Both the position numbers and the translations under genes were made by a program. Of a stretch of 64,000 nt of DNA, positions 11,618 to 24,728 are shown piece after piece; positions within the stretch are counted from its first letter, which is position 1, and the number at the start of each line of letters is the position of its first letter. The notes below the pieces were generated by a model, which was not told the DNA's origin, made no database searches, and saw only the letters and a list, made by a program, of their open reading frames with translations. This DNA is from Marsupella aquatica (taxonomy: Eukaryota > Plantae > Marchantiophyta). The stretch covers positions 26,529,972-26,593,971 of the forward strand of contig OZ316891.1 of NCBI GenBank assembly GCA_973895155.1. The letters run 5' to 3'.

Positions 11618-14124
11618 TTAATTCACAGCTGAACACTTATAGCGGATTTCGCCATCCCACCATGATGTAATAGGGCTAATTTGTCCCATCTTTGTAATAG
11701 ATTTGGCGAACTGGCTGAAAAAGTCGCTTTGGTACCAGGCGTAGTCGCCCACGATATTCGCAGTCGGCCCACCTTCGCTATACATTGTCTGGTCGGATGT
11801 GAAAAGCCCCTCATTGTTGACGATGTTGGAGTAGTACCAGTTGTCAAAAACATAGGGAGTTTTCGGGTCCATGTCCACCACTTTAGTGCTGGATACACCT
11901 GCTGGGCACTCCCCTTGAAGAGTGGGAAGGTAGGCCGGGTTTATGGTTGGGTCCGGGCTGCCGGTTCCCAAATAGTTGGTGAGGCGAGGGCTGAAGAGTG
12001 CGCAGTGACTCTTCCCAATTGTGTGCGCACCTGGAGTGATTGACATTTTTGCACGTATATTAGCTGCAATTACATGTAACTGAAACACTAGACCACTACT
12101 GGTCTGAAACACTACACTGACGGGTGCCGGGTCGTCCCGAAGAACACCACGTACTATCTCTCAAAATCACGAAAATGATGTCGGTCCGTCTCGGCACCAG
12201 ACTCGGTCAAACAATAGTATCAGATCGATTTGATAGAGTGAGCTTTCAATCGAGTAACATTCATGCCAGCAATGTAATCTGAAATGCCCGAGAATATAAG
12301 CGACTACGCATATATCTAGTGTGCTGCAAGCTTAGAAAAGCCGGAATTCAAGTACCTGAAAGTGTTACCATGTCCTTTCGATCAAGGCCTTTAGCAGCAA
12401 AAGCGGCCGTTAATTTGGCTACGTCACTACTTGGTCCTGGTATTTGGGTATTGGCACAACTGAGGCATGCGGTTTTGCTGTCCAACCTTCCATATTCTAC
12501 GTCCCAGTATGGCCCACCAGCCTGCCAAACAGAGCCATAAACACACACAATTTGTTATCCCAATTTCATTTCTCGGTTAAATCTTTATCACGAATTCATT
12601 ATGTTGATTCATATTTCTACAGTGATTCCTACTTTCTAAAGGTGGGGGATGAAATGAATAAATGCATAAAAAAAGTATAATTATACCGTAACTCAATCTA
12701 TACTTTTTCCTCACCTATCAAACTACAAAAAATTCGAATAAAATCTCGACGAACTCAACATCTGAACGATACTGTCCTCGTGTTTCTGAGATAAACACGC
12801 ACCACCGTAGACAAATGAGTGTGCCCCACAATTTCTCGCTACAACATTTGCATACTTTAATTTTCACCTTTTTAATTGGAATGTCCGTTATATCAAACGC
12901 ATGGGGACTGCTTACATGATCACGGAGAAGGCTTACCGAGATGACGCCATCGCGAGCAACCAGGGCGAGAATGTCAGCGCAGGAGACAGTGCCTGGGCAG
13001 ATGGCCTCCACTGCAGATTTGATGTCGTCCACGACATTAAGACCCCTTATGGAATTGATGTTGGGTTTAGCAGTCTGCTCCCCCGTAAAAGTGGGCGTGT
13101 CAACGAGGAGAATTGATCCATCACAACCCTGCAGATATGGTCACAGATATGAGCACGCACACGATCATTGACTTCATCCTGGCAATAAAGACTCTCAGGC
13201 AAGGACTGCTCATCGCCTAGATTCTACTCTCCAGACTTTAAGTACGGGGAAGCTATTGACTGAACAAACTAGAGGCGATTCTCAATTTGGCTTGGGAACT
13301 TTCATATTGAGATAGCTTAATAAACGTCAGTGTGACAGAGGAGATATTGAATACACCCACGGGCGGTGTAAATCTCATTATTGATCTAACTAGGTAGTTG
13401 GCCGTTAGGCATTCGATGCCCGTTGAGTCCCCGCCAGATCCATGACTTAATTCTCAAATAGGTAGAATACATTGAAGCTGGCATTTGAGAGATCGACACC
13501 AGCTTCTAACTCAGGCACAAAACACTGAAGAGCCAACTGCTGCAGGTTGTTGGGATGTATTCCTATCCTGGACCCAATTGAACTTTGAATTGTCTATCGT
13601 GAACTGGCAGTCTTAGTAATTTTTCTTCCTCAAGGCTTCTGGACAACTGCCGATTCAATAATGGCAATCATGCACCCACGTAGAGAAAACGCATGATTCA
13701 CTGCAACAACTACTAGGACTCAGCGGGGCCATATTTCACAGTACAATCTGTACGAATACTTCCAAAGTAGAATGCAGAAGATCAGTCACAGCCGAAGTAG
13801 AACTGGCCAGGAACAGTGATATGATGTCGACAGATTCTGGACAGAAACTTCTCAAATCTGTCTACTATAAAGAGAGACGCCAGAGTTAGAGACTACCTGA
13901 ACAAAGCAGTCGTGGAAATGCATCCGAAGAAGCGAGGCCCCAATCCGTCCATCAGTCATCAAAGCAGCTTGGAGTACCGAATTGACTGTAGCCTCCAAAC
14001 CCGGGCACGATTCTGCGTAGTACGAAGTCGAGAGCGAAGAAGTTCGAGCTCCCCAAGACACCAAAGCTATCGCAACGATGAGTACCGTTTTCAATGCCTC
14101 AAACTTCGGTAACCCCATTGCCAT
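11618..14124 (-). CDS. Class III secretory heme peroxidase; exons 14124-13897, 13128-12937, 12521-12356, 12030-11618
   Basis: Signal peptide, distal motif [40 protein letters not shown], proximal [22 protein letters not shown] and GLFTSDQ. Exons 2 and 3 are 192 and 166 bp, the classic sizes for this family. Confidence 0.97.
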
Positions 14125-15782
14125 CTCTGAAAGAAACCTGTCACTCCTCGAACCCCGGCCAGCGACGTAAATTCTACGACGGCAGTCAAGTTGACTCGCT
14201 ATAGATATTAAGCCAAGCGATCAGTTGCACATACAATCCTTGAGATTTTCCGATGGGACAGTAGCTACCCTGCATGGCGGGGTAGTACTGACTTGCAATG
14301 ACTGTGTCTATTCAGATCCACCAGCAATTGAGCTACATCAGACTATGCTCTGGCCCTCTGTATCCCAAGAACTAAACTCGTTGCGAAAATCAATCTGGAA
14401 CTCTCTGACTGTATGGACATCTGAGAGTGTGTGTTACCTAGTTAAATTATATACCAGGCTTCAGATCCAACGTCGTAGACCTGCATGCAAATCTTTGAGT
14501 GATTGGGTGGGAGGGGCCGGGGGGGGGGGGAAGATTCCGAAAAGGGAGTGATCGTTATCTCGCTGATTGCCGTAGCACCTATAATTGTTTAGCGTACTCC
14601 TTGAGAGCTGAACTACTGTTGTGCATACACATTTGCTTGATGAAAAAGTGTATGAACCCTAAAGAACTAGGAGTTATCCCGAACTGTAAAGTAAAGGTCA
14701 TTGGAGGGGCTGGAATCGAGACCATGATGTACCTGTCCTGTCGCTACTGTACGTACTTTGTTTTACAAAGGCAGGTTTTTGCGTGACTGCATTGGGGGGT
14801 TTTGGCCTTGGGCCTCGATTGCTTCGGTTCATATATCTGTCTCAAATTTTGGGAATATTTATCCTTTGTAGTCCTTGAATTGGAAAACGTACTCACTGCA
14901 AGCTATCCTGGGGTAATAAGTCAGGCAGATCTCAGCTTGATGCCTTCAAGTAGTTTCTTGGGAGGAGCTTGGCTGAGCGGGTTGTGCCCAAGCAACGTGA
15001 TTACCGATGAGCATATCCACTTGTCCGTCCATCATCAAAATAAAGCATTCTTGGGTGATACGGTGGAGAGGCCCGAGGGAATGACGTGGGTCCCCAAACA
15101 ACGTCTTTTTCGTTCCATTCCTTGCGTCGTTAGGATCAGGTGGTCTTTTTCCACAACAAATGGGATTGTAAAGAAAACCAGAAAAAAAGGATTGACAACC
15201 AAGAGCCTACTCACGCCCCATCCCCCCCGCGCCCGCCTTCCATCATTGAAACGCGTATCCTGGGTCCAATTGGGGAAGTAAAAATTACATTGTTAGTGGA
15301 GAACCCAGGCTTCTTTCGTGGATAGAACTTCCATGCATGGACAAACAATCTACTGTGTTCTTACTCCGACTCTCTCATGGCTGTCTGTTTTTGGCTGCTA
15401 CTTCGGTAATTGAGGGATCTTCGTCACCTCCAGCTCGAAGTGAGATCCCGGGAAATCCTCCGAGATTGAATGAACACGTATGAATTGCGAGGCCCACTGA
15501 AGCTTTTTGAGACTTCGAACTGATCCCATGTCAGGGCCCGAATTCTCTTTTTCAGCCAGTCCACAAGTCCCTGTCCCTTTTGGTACGGATGCGAGAGTGG
15601 CGGCTCCATGATTTGGAGAACAAAAGCATGCACACAGGACAGGGCAAGAAGGCCTACGAGATAACGCGAGGGTGTGACCACGGACTCGATACTCAACATG
15701 CACACAAGTGCTGAGCTATGGGATTCAGGCTGACCATCCAACTGTGCAAAGGTCAATGGTGCCAGGCTCTCACTCCACTTTG

Positions 15783-16600
15783 GGCCCGAGGAAAGAACTG
15801 TCGCCCACTTCCAAACAAAGGAGGCCCCGAGGAAAGAACTGTCGCCCACTTCCAAACAAAGGAGGTTGGACCGTAGGACCCCACTCCGTCAAACTCGCAA
15901 CAAACCCAAAATAATGGAACTACCACTTTTCACTGCTATTTTCTTTTTGGTGCTGCCGAAGGATCATTGTAGCGTGTGTGCCAAGGAACACAAAAACTTT
16001 TCCTAGCACAAGCAAAACATTTCCTTGCATGACCCCAATTTTTCTAAAACTTTTCCTAGCACAAGAAAAATAACTCCTTGCGTGACCCCATCTTTCTACA
16101 ACTTTTCCTTGCACGTCAAGCAAATAATTTCCTTTGCATGGACCCCCCATCTTTCTAAAACTTTTCCTAGCACAAGCAAAAAAATTCCTTGCATGACCCC
16201 TAGTTTTCTATATGCAACTGCCTAGTTGCAACAACCTGGAGGTTGTTGTTGTAACGTACATTCTCGGGACTCCTCTTTTGGGTTTTCGGACTTACTAGCC
16301 ATCTACTGTAGAGTCTTTAAAAAACACTAAAAATATAAAAGGAAGCGAAAGAAATTTAAAACCACTCGTGTCTTGCAGAACATTCTCCTCACTATCAAAA
16401 TTCGATCATTCTTGTCACTTCCTTTCACGGCTATTTTTTGGTTTTGGTGCTACCTTAGGACTGATCATTATTCTCACTTCTAAAGTTCACTGCTATTTTG
16501 TTTTTGGTGCTACACTAGGACTCATCATTATTCTCACTTCTTTTCACTGGTATTTCGTTTTGGTGCTACCGTAGGACTGATGATTATCCTCACTTTCGTC
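15783..16600. repeat. Cluster of short tandem repeats, probably TE-derived
   Basis: GGCCCCGAGGAAAGAACTGTCGCCCACTTCCAAACAAAGGA x2; AAAACTTTTCCTAGCACAAG..CCTTGCATGACCCC x3-4; TTTTGGTGCTAC..TAGGACT..ATTATTCTCACTT x3. Confidence 0.7.
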
Positions 16601-17624
16601 CACTTTGTTTTCTTTCCACCGTCACTCTGCTTTGACAATCCCTTGGATAGCACCCCAATCCCATTCCATCCCATCCCAATCCCAACTGTTCATAATACAA
16701 AAAGATGAGACCAAGAGTTGAGTCTATACCTTCCTACCTCCCTTCCGTTTTGGAGTGGGGCCACATTACTGCAGATGACCCTCGCCTTGCACATGTTCAT
16801 CGTTGTCCCCTTGCTGACATTGTCTAGTACTGTAGAGAAGGTTAGATTGGCACATGCGCTGCACAATACCTCCACATAATTATCATAGGACTGTAAAGAA
16901 GATTAGATTGGCACATGCCCTCGGCAACACCTTCATATTATTGCCCTTCCAATGACACCGCAATGACCTAAATTATTCTCTAGATTCCAGCTTTTTACAT
17001 TATTCAAAAAGTTGGGGGGTTGCACTATATGGAGGTATGCTCTGATATATTGCAGCTTAGTTTGCTTTTATCCTTAGTTCTCTCTAAACTCCCAGAGTGC
17101 AAACAAGTAAAACCGAGGGCTTTGACCTACCTCATTATCTTTGACTCGCCTCAAATCGCCTGAATCCCCTCAAATCACGCCATTGGTGTACGTACTTACG
17201 GAACATTAATTTACTCCTAGTGAACAGTCAACTCTGAGTGAGCAGGATAGAGCTAAAGCCGCAAATTGGGTTTCAGTGTTTCACAGTAACAACCACATAC
17301 TAAGTATATGGCAAAATCATGGTCCCATTCAAGTGTCCTGCCATTGGCTTCGCATCCTTAATAACTTAACTAACCTACTCCTACTCTAAGTGCCATGATT
17401 GCGGTAATTCTCATTGTTTTGCTCATCATTATGCACTCTGACAGCTCCTGACTGCATGTACTCTATTCTTATACAATGGTATTGCCACATTCCAACCTAG
17501 CCCAGAAGGAGAAGTCCAAATCACATAAATCTACCAGTCAAAGATCTATGCTCCTTGATCGAACAACAATTAGTATGTTAGACATGTCTTGGGGATCGTG
17601 CATCTCAAGTGCTTCACTTCCATG

Positions 17625-17835
17625 AAAATAACGCATCACATGCAACAAATGATAGGGTGCTTGGTAAAACATGATTGAAAAAACCTTAAGATATTTTTAA
17701 ATCCAATTTTGAGAATAACACATCACATGCAACAAATGATAGGGTGCTTGGAAAAACATCACATGCAACAGATGATAGGGTGCTTGGAAAAACATGATTG
17801 GAAAAACATTAAGATATTTTTAAATCCAATTTTGA
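17625..17835. repeat. Nested tandem duplications
   Basis: CATCACATGCAACAAATGATAGGGTGCTTGG x3 and TTAAGATATTTTTAAATCCAATTTTGAGA x2. Confidence 0.8.
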
Positions 17836-18619
17836 GACTTATAAGAATATTAGAGTTTTTCAATCAGAATTTGAGAATATTCCAAGCATATTCCAATTTC
17901 ATAGAGGTTTTTTTTTCATTTTTTTACATTTTAGGGATTGTGGCCTAAAAATATCGCAAGTGATGGGGATGCCTCCATATAGTGAGACCCCCGAGTCATG
18001 GATTATTGCATAGTTCATATAGGGCCAAGATCATTAACAACAGACCAGCAAGAGTGTGACCACTATGGAGCTCCTAGACAAACCAAAGACCAATGTTTTA
18101 CATTAATCTAACCTCAACTATGGCAAGGAGGAGCACTCATGCATGATCAGGGGAATTAAGGAGTTGGAGGTAATAGTGGCCAAGGCATACGTGCTGGGAG
18201 ATAGGGAGGAAATGCTTCTACTGTGAGTGCAGATCCTAACTAAGTAATTAAAGCGGCTAGCTAGGATTGCTTAACTTGAGCAACAATTAGCTGTCATGTC
18301 TAGCTCATAGACTAGACCTAGTTTTGACGTCAGGGCTTACTAAGTTTCATAGCCTATACCTAGGGTGCGCTAATGGAGATCTTTTCAACATGGGATTCAT
18401 GAATGTTGATGTGTCAACAACTTTGACTTGAGGAGCGACAAAAGCCCTTAAGCCTTGAGGAGCAATGATGGAGTTGGATACTCAAAGTAAGAGGGGAAGC
18501 CTATAGCTTCCCCAATCTTTGAACCATGTAGTGGATCTGTTTGCTGCAACCTATATGTTGTGAAGATCAATTGGTGAGAAGAGCAACAACCATATGCTAC
18601 TAGCTTCATATTTAAAGCT

Positions 18620-19190
18620 CTACCGTCTCCCCCTAACACAGTGCCTGGGCATGTGTTCAAACATGGATATTTTTAGGTTTCAAACATAACATCATTTTAA
18701 CACAATGCTGGAGAAGGATGTTGAGGTGATAGAAGATGTTGTTGAGAGAAAATCTGTCAAGGTAATAAAAGATGTCGAGGTGAGAAAAAGATGTCGAGGT
18801 GATAAAACAAGTCGAGGAGAGAACAAGATGTCAAGGAGACAAAAGATGTCGAGGTGAGAAAAGATGTCACAGTAAGCAAGATGTCAAGGTGATAAAAGAA
18901 GTCAAGGAGAGAAAAATATGTCGAGAAGAGAAAAATAAGTCCAAGAGCAAGATGTTGACTGAGAGACATGGATGTTGAGATGAGAAAAAATTTGAGGAAA
19001 TAATATATTTCAAGGTGAACAAAAGATGTCGAGGAGAAAAACATGTTCTACCATCTCCCCCTAACACATTGCCCGGGAGATCTTGAGCAAAAGATGTAAA
19101 GGAGAAAAACATGTGCAAAGGAGAGAAAAAGATGTTGAGCACAAAAAGATGTAAAGGAGAGCAAAAGATTTTGCGGAGAGAAAATAAACT
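18620..19190. repeat. Degenerate AAGATGTCGAGG-type minisatellite with a repeated CTCCCCTAACACA..GCC.GGG motif
   Basis: More than ten variants of AAGATGT(C/T)(G/A)AGG at roughly 19-bp spacing; CTACC.TCTCCCCCTAACACA at about 18620 and 19048. Confidence 0.7.
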
Positions 19191-20985
19191 TGACACTTTT
19201 TCCACCCTTACCCGCAAACGGAAGGGGCAAGATGAAACCTATGTCTCCCTCCCTCTTTTCCCATCCATGTGCCCCCCTTCCCCTTTCTCCTTGCCTCTCC
19301 CCCTCTTTGCTTTGCTTCCAAGGTTTTCTTTGGGACGACAACGTCAAATATTGTAAGACTATTGCAATGAAAACCCATAGGAATATTTGTCATAGTTTAT
19401 GAGTGTGAAAGTCTCATTATTAATTTTGGCACAATATATATACAAATATGATTATGTATTTTAAAATATTTTGGGGGTATAAAAATCTTAAACTATCCCC
19501 ATATCTCCCATTCTTCTCTTTTCCCCACTTTTTTAACGTACATGTCTCTATTTGATAACTTTTCACCTTTTATTCTGCTTTCATTTGATCTTTTCCCTCC
19601 CCTTGTTTTTCTAAACCGGGCCATCTTTTTTTTGCTCAACATCTTTTATTACCTATAATCATCATGGTACCTTCGAGTATTTGTACTAAGTCTTCGTGGA
19701 GGTGTGCCTGAGTCTTTTGTCTTTGTGCAAGTACTCTGAGCTACCTGAGCCTCTACCATATATACCAATTAATGTCATATAGGAGAGGCAATGTGATAGT
19801 GTTGCTTGCATCTAAGGGTGATGAGAAGTAATCTTTGAAATGGACAATCAGTATAGAATCCCAACTTTTTATAAATTTGTAAACAGACAAAACCCAATTA
19901 TGGCAGGATAGCTTATTATAGACTTCTATATATAATGTGATTATTGTCACATGAACAACCCAGGCCTTAATTCCAATTTGCATCTTTCAAGCACATAATT
20001 CCTAGTAAAGGTGAGGTTTCAAGCAAGGAAGAACTCAGTGGTAGTGTAAGAGGATTTATTTTGCTACAAAAGCATAACTTATATATAGGTTAGTGTCATA
20101 ATTATATTTGGATTCCACCGTTGGAATAATGAAACCCAAAGTTAGAAATTGACTTCAAGTAACTCTTGGCTTTGGGACTTCCAAGCAAATGCCAAACAAC
20201 CCAAAATCATGATGCATTCAATATTAGATTCTACTTTGGTATAATCTAGAAATTGATTTTTCATTGTGGTAAGATCTGATAGCTACTAAATTTTACCTCT
20301 TTTTACTGTGCTAAAATCTAGAAATTACTATTTGTAATGGTAGACTCTAGAAGTTAATAGAAATTACCTTTTTTACAAAGGTAAATCCAGAAATTTCTTT
20401 TCAATTTGGTAAGTTTTGAATGTTACCAAGATTTACACTTTAATTTGGTAAAAGCCAAGATCTATTTTTATCGTAAAAAATCTTGCAAATGACTTTATGG
20501 AAACCCCTATTTTTCTATCTTTACACAAAATCAAGTTGTTCACCATGTAGTGTGAGATTGAGTGCTCTCATGTTCTGCATCACGGTTTTTTACACGTAAG
20601 TCCTAGGACCACTTGATATTCCTTGATGGACTAATCAGGGAAGTAAGGTGCATCTTTCAATCAGACTACCAATGTGGTGTCTTCGATAATTAAGGAATGG
20701 ATTTTGCTAATGGTACAGGAATTGGAGATGGTTGGGTAGGGGGGGAGAGGGGGCTCTATTGCTAGGGCAAGTGGTGGGGGTGAATGCACTACCACTAAGC
20801 CAAATGTGAAAGGTGGGTGTATGACTTGCAACTTATAGCAAAGGGCTCGACTAAAGATATTCCCAAAGAGGTTGCCAAAGTGTTCTTTCTTGTGGCTGCA
20901 TGCCTCCTCCTATACCACTTAAGTATGATCATTGTTAGGTTATGCCTCACGTGAGTCTCCTCCAATACCACTTCAGTATGATCAT

Positions 20986-21360
20986 TGTTAGGTTATGCCC
21001 ATGTATAACCTATTTACTTCCATAGTGCTAGATAGGCTTTAGCAGACTAGAATAACACTAGTTTTGAGTTCCAGGTTCCCATAGACTATGGGACGGGGTA
21101 TACCCAAAGGGAACACAAACTTGTGCTCACACTTGAAGGTTCACTCTTCAAGAGAAAGAGTGAGAGGGTGGGAGGAGGACCTCTAGCATGTTGGCGATGG
21201 TGAGTGTAATTTTTCACATTACTGGAGTTCTCTCACAGTCGTGGATGTAGCCTAGACAGGGTGAACCATGTACTATTAGTTTCAGAGTTTATGGATGTTT
21301 GTTCACATGTGTTGACGCTGTCTCATTTGGTCCCCGATATGGTCTGGATTTATCCTAACA
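20986..21360 (+). mobile_element. Solo LTR, probably Copia-type
   Basis: Starts TGTTAGG and ends CCTAACA (inverted TG..CA termini). Flanks ATCAT and ATCAA match a 5-bp TSD at 4/5 positions. Internal GTGGATGTAGCC..GGTGAACCA motif is typical of plant Copia LTRs. Confidence 0.72.
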
Positions 21361-22121
21361 ATCAATCATGATGTGGCTCCCAAGGTACGTCAATCTTAGC
21401 CCGCTTTAACTCCCCCAAGAACCAATAGGCAAACAAGTGTGCCCAATTTTGATCCTTGTTCTGCTTTACATGCACTATTGTGAGACAAAAATCTTGGACT
21501 GAGACTCAATCATATGGAGCGTGTACCTTATGAAGTTAAACCGCTCCATGAAGGGTTGGTTGATACATGTTGACCTTTGTTTGTAGCCATTGTCCATTTT
21601 TCCTGTTGGGTCCATCCCCGGCATTTTGACCTCAAAATGTCGGGGATGGCCTCTTGGAATACCGGCTGACCCAAATCTTTGCCTTACTTAGAGCATCTCC
21701 ACCAGACCCAGAAAACAACCCCGTAACCTCCAATTAGTCAAATAGAGATTGGAACTTTGCGGGCAAGGCCTCCCACCGACACTCTTCAACCGGTAAACTG
21801 ATGGCGGCCCCCCCCCCCAAATTCCAGACACCGACCTCCAGAATTGTACCCGTTTGCGGTCAGAGAATGAGCCCGTATTTTGGCCCCTAGAAGGATCGAC
21901 GGATTTCAATCCATACACGCGGCACAATCTGGCCCAGGCTTGGGAAATCTGGCCCAGGCTTGGGTTCCCGCTTGGAGTTTCCCGCACTTGTTTTGGGTGA
22001 GAATTGCGCTTTTTGTCGTGCGACACTGTGCTGCACAGAGCTTGTGTCATGCGACACTGTGCTGCACAGACCTCGTGATTGATCGAGTGAAGCATGTACC
22101 TGATTGAGCAAGTCATCCAGG

Positions 22122-22590
22122 ATGGCAAGTAGTCAAGGGAAAAACTATTCTGAAAGCGAGTTGAAGCAGCTTTGCTATAGTGTGCTTCATGTTTCACAGG
22201 ATCCATTGATTGGAACTGGGCAGAGGGACAAGAAATTCTGGGATAGAGTCGCTGAACATTATCATAAAAACAAGGGGTGCGAATTTGAGACGCGAGGGAA
22301 GAAATCGTTGGAAGGGAAGTGGGCGGATATCAAACATGATGTCCAGAAATTCATAGGCACGTATCAACAAGTAGATGATAGACAGTTTCTGGGACAAACT
22401 CTGAAGACACGTTCAAATTGGCAAAGGAGTTGTATAGAGAAAATCATCCCAAGAACAGGAGTTTCTCTTTTGATTGCTGCTACTATATTTTGAAAGATTG
22501 TCCCAGGTTCATGAATCCAGAGAACGAGATGCAGAGAGGGAAGAGCAAGAAACAAGCAAGAAGTGTCGCAGACAAGGACAGCCCCACTGC
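22122..22590 (+). pseudogene. Harbinger Myb/SANT-like (NAM-associated) ORF, frameshifted and truncated
   Basis: MASSQGKNYSESELKQLCYSVLHVSQDPLIGTGQRDKKFWDRVAEHY..RGKKSLEGKWADIKHDVQKFIGTY, then after a frameshift AKELYRENHPKNRSFSFDCCYYILKDCPRF. Confidence 0.85.
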
Positions 22591-23044
22591 AGAGGTCGTC
22601 CATTGCATCAGCACCTATCCCGTATGCCATTTGCCGTAGTGCAGCAGTAATTTTCTGATGAGGAGAGAGACCTGGCTGTCCTGTTGCATCAAACTTCAAT
22701 TCAAAATACTTATCATATGCACACACTGCTGGAGGATTGGAATAACCTAGAACGCATACGGTACCTCCTTCTGAATTTCAACTCATCATATGTGGGATGC
22801 TCAGCAAAGTAGTAGTTATAAAGATCTTCAGCACCTTTTTCTCTCCTCCTATCAAGATTTGCAGCTTTCCTGGTTGGGACCATCCATGCTTCCTCTTTCT
22901 TGAAGACGAAATGCTGCAGGACTCGATCGACAAAGGTCCACTGAAGAGAATCTGTTGCCAGAAGCTGTCTTCCTTGTCCCAAATTTCTTCCTCTTCCTCC
23001 ATGAACTTTCGCAGATTATCTCTCCATGTCTCTCTGGTATCCAT
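22588..23044 (-). pseudogene. PIF/Harbinger transposase N-terminal remnant; DDE domain deleted
   Basis: Three frames give DRRREKGAEDLYNYYFAEHPTYDELKFRRRYRMRSRLF and YFELKFDATGQPGLSPHQKITAALRQMAYGIGADAMDD, the hallmark HTH region of plant PIF transposases. Confidence 0.88.
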
Positions 23045-23611
23045 GGCGAACAGTTGCGAGTGAAATGTGAAATCAATGCAATCCACAATTGAAATCTTTT
23101 GATCGCAAGCCTCACAAAATTTGCCAACAAAAGCTGAGTGTCGAGCGCAAAACTCTGTAAAAACGACATCGATGTTTTCGCTGTTTCGGCAGTTTCTCAA
23201 GTCCAACCATGGGTTCTTTAAATTAACACCTGGTTCGAACCCCCGGTTATAGAATGGAGGCCAAATTTTAGGGGTGTGGGTGGGGATGGACAATGCGGGT
23301 CTCTGGCCCGTTTCCTTCAGACCTGAAAAAGGAAGAGGCAATATTTGGCGATAGCGGCCAGAATTGCCCAAACGGGTGGAGATGCTCTTATGCAGGGGTC
23401 TCCTTTTGACTCTCAAACTGCAAAATTTTAAAAGTTTAGGGTAAGTTAAAGTCCTCCTAGAAATATCCTCATCTCACAATACTTAGGACCATTCAAGGAG
23501 ATTAGGGAGTTCATAGGGAACTATGATATTGAGCCCCTGACTACCAAGGTATTGGGACAGACATTGTCCCTCTTGGAGTACCGGCTGGCCCAAATCTTTG
23601 CCTTACTTGTA

Positions 23612-24322
23612 AGGTTTAGGGTTTATGGACTAGGGTTTAAAGATCAATAGTAGTCCCTCAAACCCTAAACCCATCACCACCACTTCTGGTCTACAGGCTA
23701 GTAAACCCAACCCGGAGGTCCATTATCCTATATGTAAAAGTTCCCACTATGGTTGGAGATATTGTCTGGCCTCTAAAGTATTTCAAGAGAAACCGGTTCC
23801 GTTGGAGGTGCTCTAAGAACACCTCTAAGAGAGGACTACCACTGCCACGAGTCCTGTCAGCACCATAGAGTTGTTGCTAGTCAACTTTTACTCACTTTCT
23901 GGTCATACTGTCACAAACTAGTAACTACAACCCATTGCAGACTAGTAACCCCAACCCAGACTGCAGTTCTCCTATACTTAGAGTTCCCACCATGGTTGGA
24001 GATGCTCTATGGCCTCGAACATCGAAGAAACACCAGAACGTTTGGAGGTGCTCTAAAAATGGCTCTAAAGAGAGGACTACCTCTACATCTAGTCTGGGAC
24101 ACCGTAGAGTTGTCGCTTGTCAACTTTTACTCACTTCTGGTCATAAGGTTACAAACTAGTAACCCCAACCCAGACTGCAGTTATCCTATACTTCCCACTA
24201 TGGTTGAAGATGCTCTATGGCATCGAACGTCCAAGAAACACCAGAACGTTTGGAGGAGCTCTAAAAACGCCTCTAAAGAGAGGACTACCTCTACCTCTAG
24301 TCCCGTCAGCACCGTAGAGTTC
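23612..24322. repeat. Short interstitial telomere-like motifs followed by a triplicated unit of about 230 bp
   Basis: GGTTTAGGGTTTA, CTAGGGTTTAA and AAACCCTAAACCC at 23612-23672. CTAGTAA.CCCAACCC..CCCAC.ATGGTTG.AGAT..TTGGAGG.GCTCTAA..CTCTAA..GAGAGGACTACC occurs three times. Confidence 0.8.
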
Positions 24323-24328
24323 CCACTG

Positions 24329-24392
24329 TTTAGGGTTTCACGTCACTTGTTTGCTACACTACTATTTCTCTCACCTTTGGGCTGTAAACCCT
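24329..24392. promoter_or_regulatory. Telo-box elements upstream of the La gene
   Basis: TTTAGGGTTT at about 24329 and TAAACCCT at about 24385; (TAAACCC)2 also occurs in an intron at 26121. Telo-boxes are known promoter elements of plant translation and ribosome-biogenesis genes. Confidence 0.45.
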
Positions 24393-24728
24393 CTGCTTCG
24401 AGAGAGCTTCGGGTGTCGATTGCGTTTCGTTGCGAATTGCGTTGTGTACAGGAGGATGGTGCTTGGCAATCCTCACTATTAGATCATCACCTCGCACACC
24501 TATCGTTCTGTCCCTCTGGCACGACGTGACGTGAAAAACGGCAACCAATTTGGTTCGCTAAGTCTCGGTTTTTCCAACGAAACGGCACAGTGATCACTCT
24601 TTTCCGACTTCTAATTCGACGGTCCGGTTGCTGTCCGCCTCGCCTGTTAAGCTTGGTTTGTATTTGGTTTTGTTGATTCATTCCCTGTCAGCCGAGGCGC
24701 GGCGACTCGAGGCGAGTCTGCGTACATC

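Larger units (their letters stand above)
21691..23387. mobile_element. Internally deleted PIF/Harbinger DNA transposon
   Basis: 13-bp TIRs GAGCATCTCCACC (21691) and GGTGGAGATGCTC (ending 23387), TTA TSD on both sides (21688-21690, 23388-23390), and convergent Myb-like and transposase remnants inside. Confidence 0.93.

Noticed and set aside
22778-23416. 212-aa ORF as an intact gene
   Set aside because: It crosses the Harbinger TIR; only the part from ATG 23044 is transposase-derived, and that part is frameshifted.
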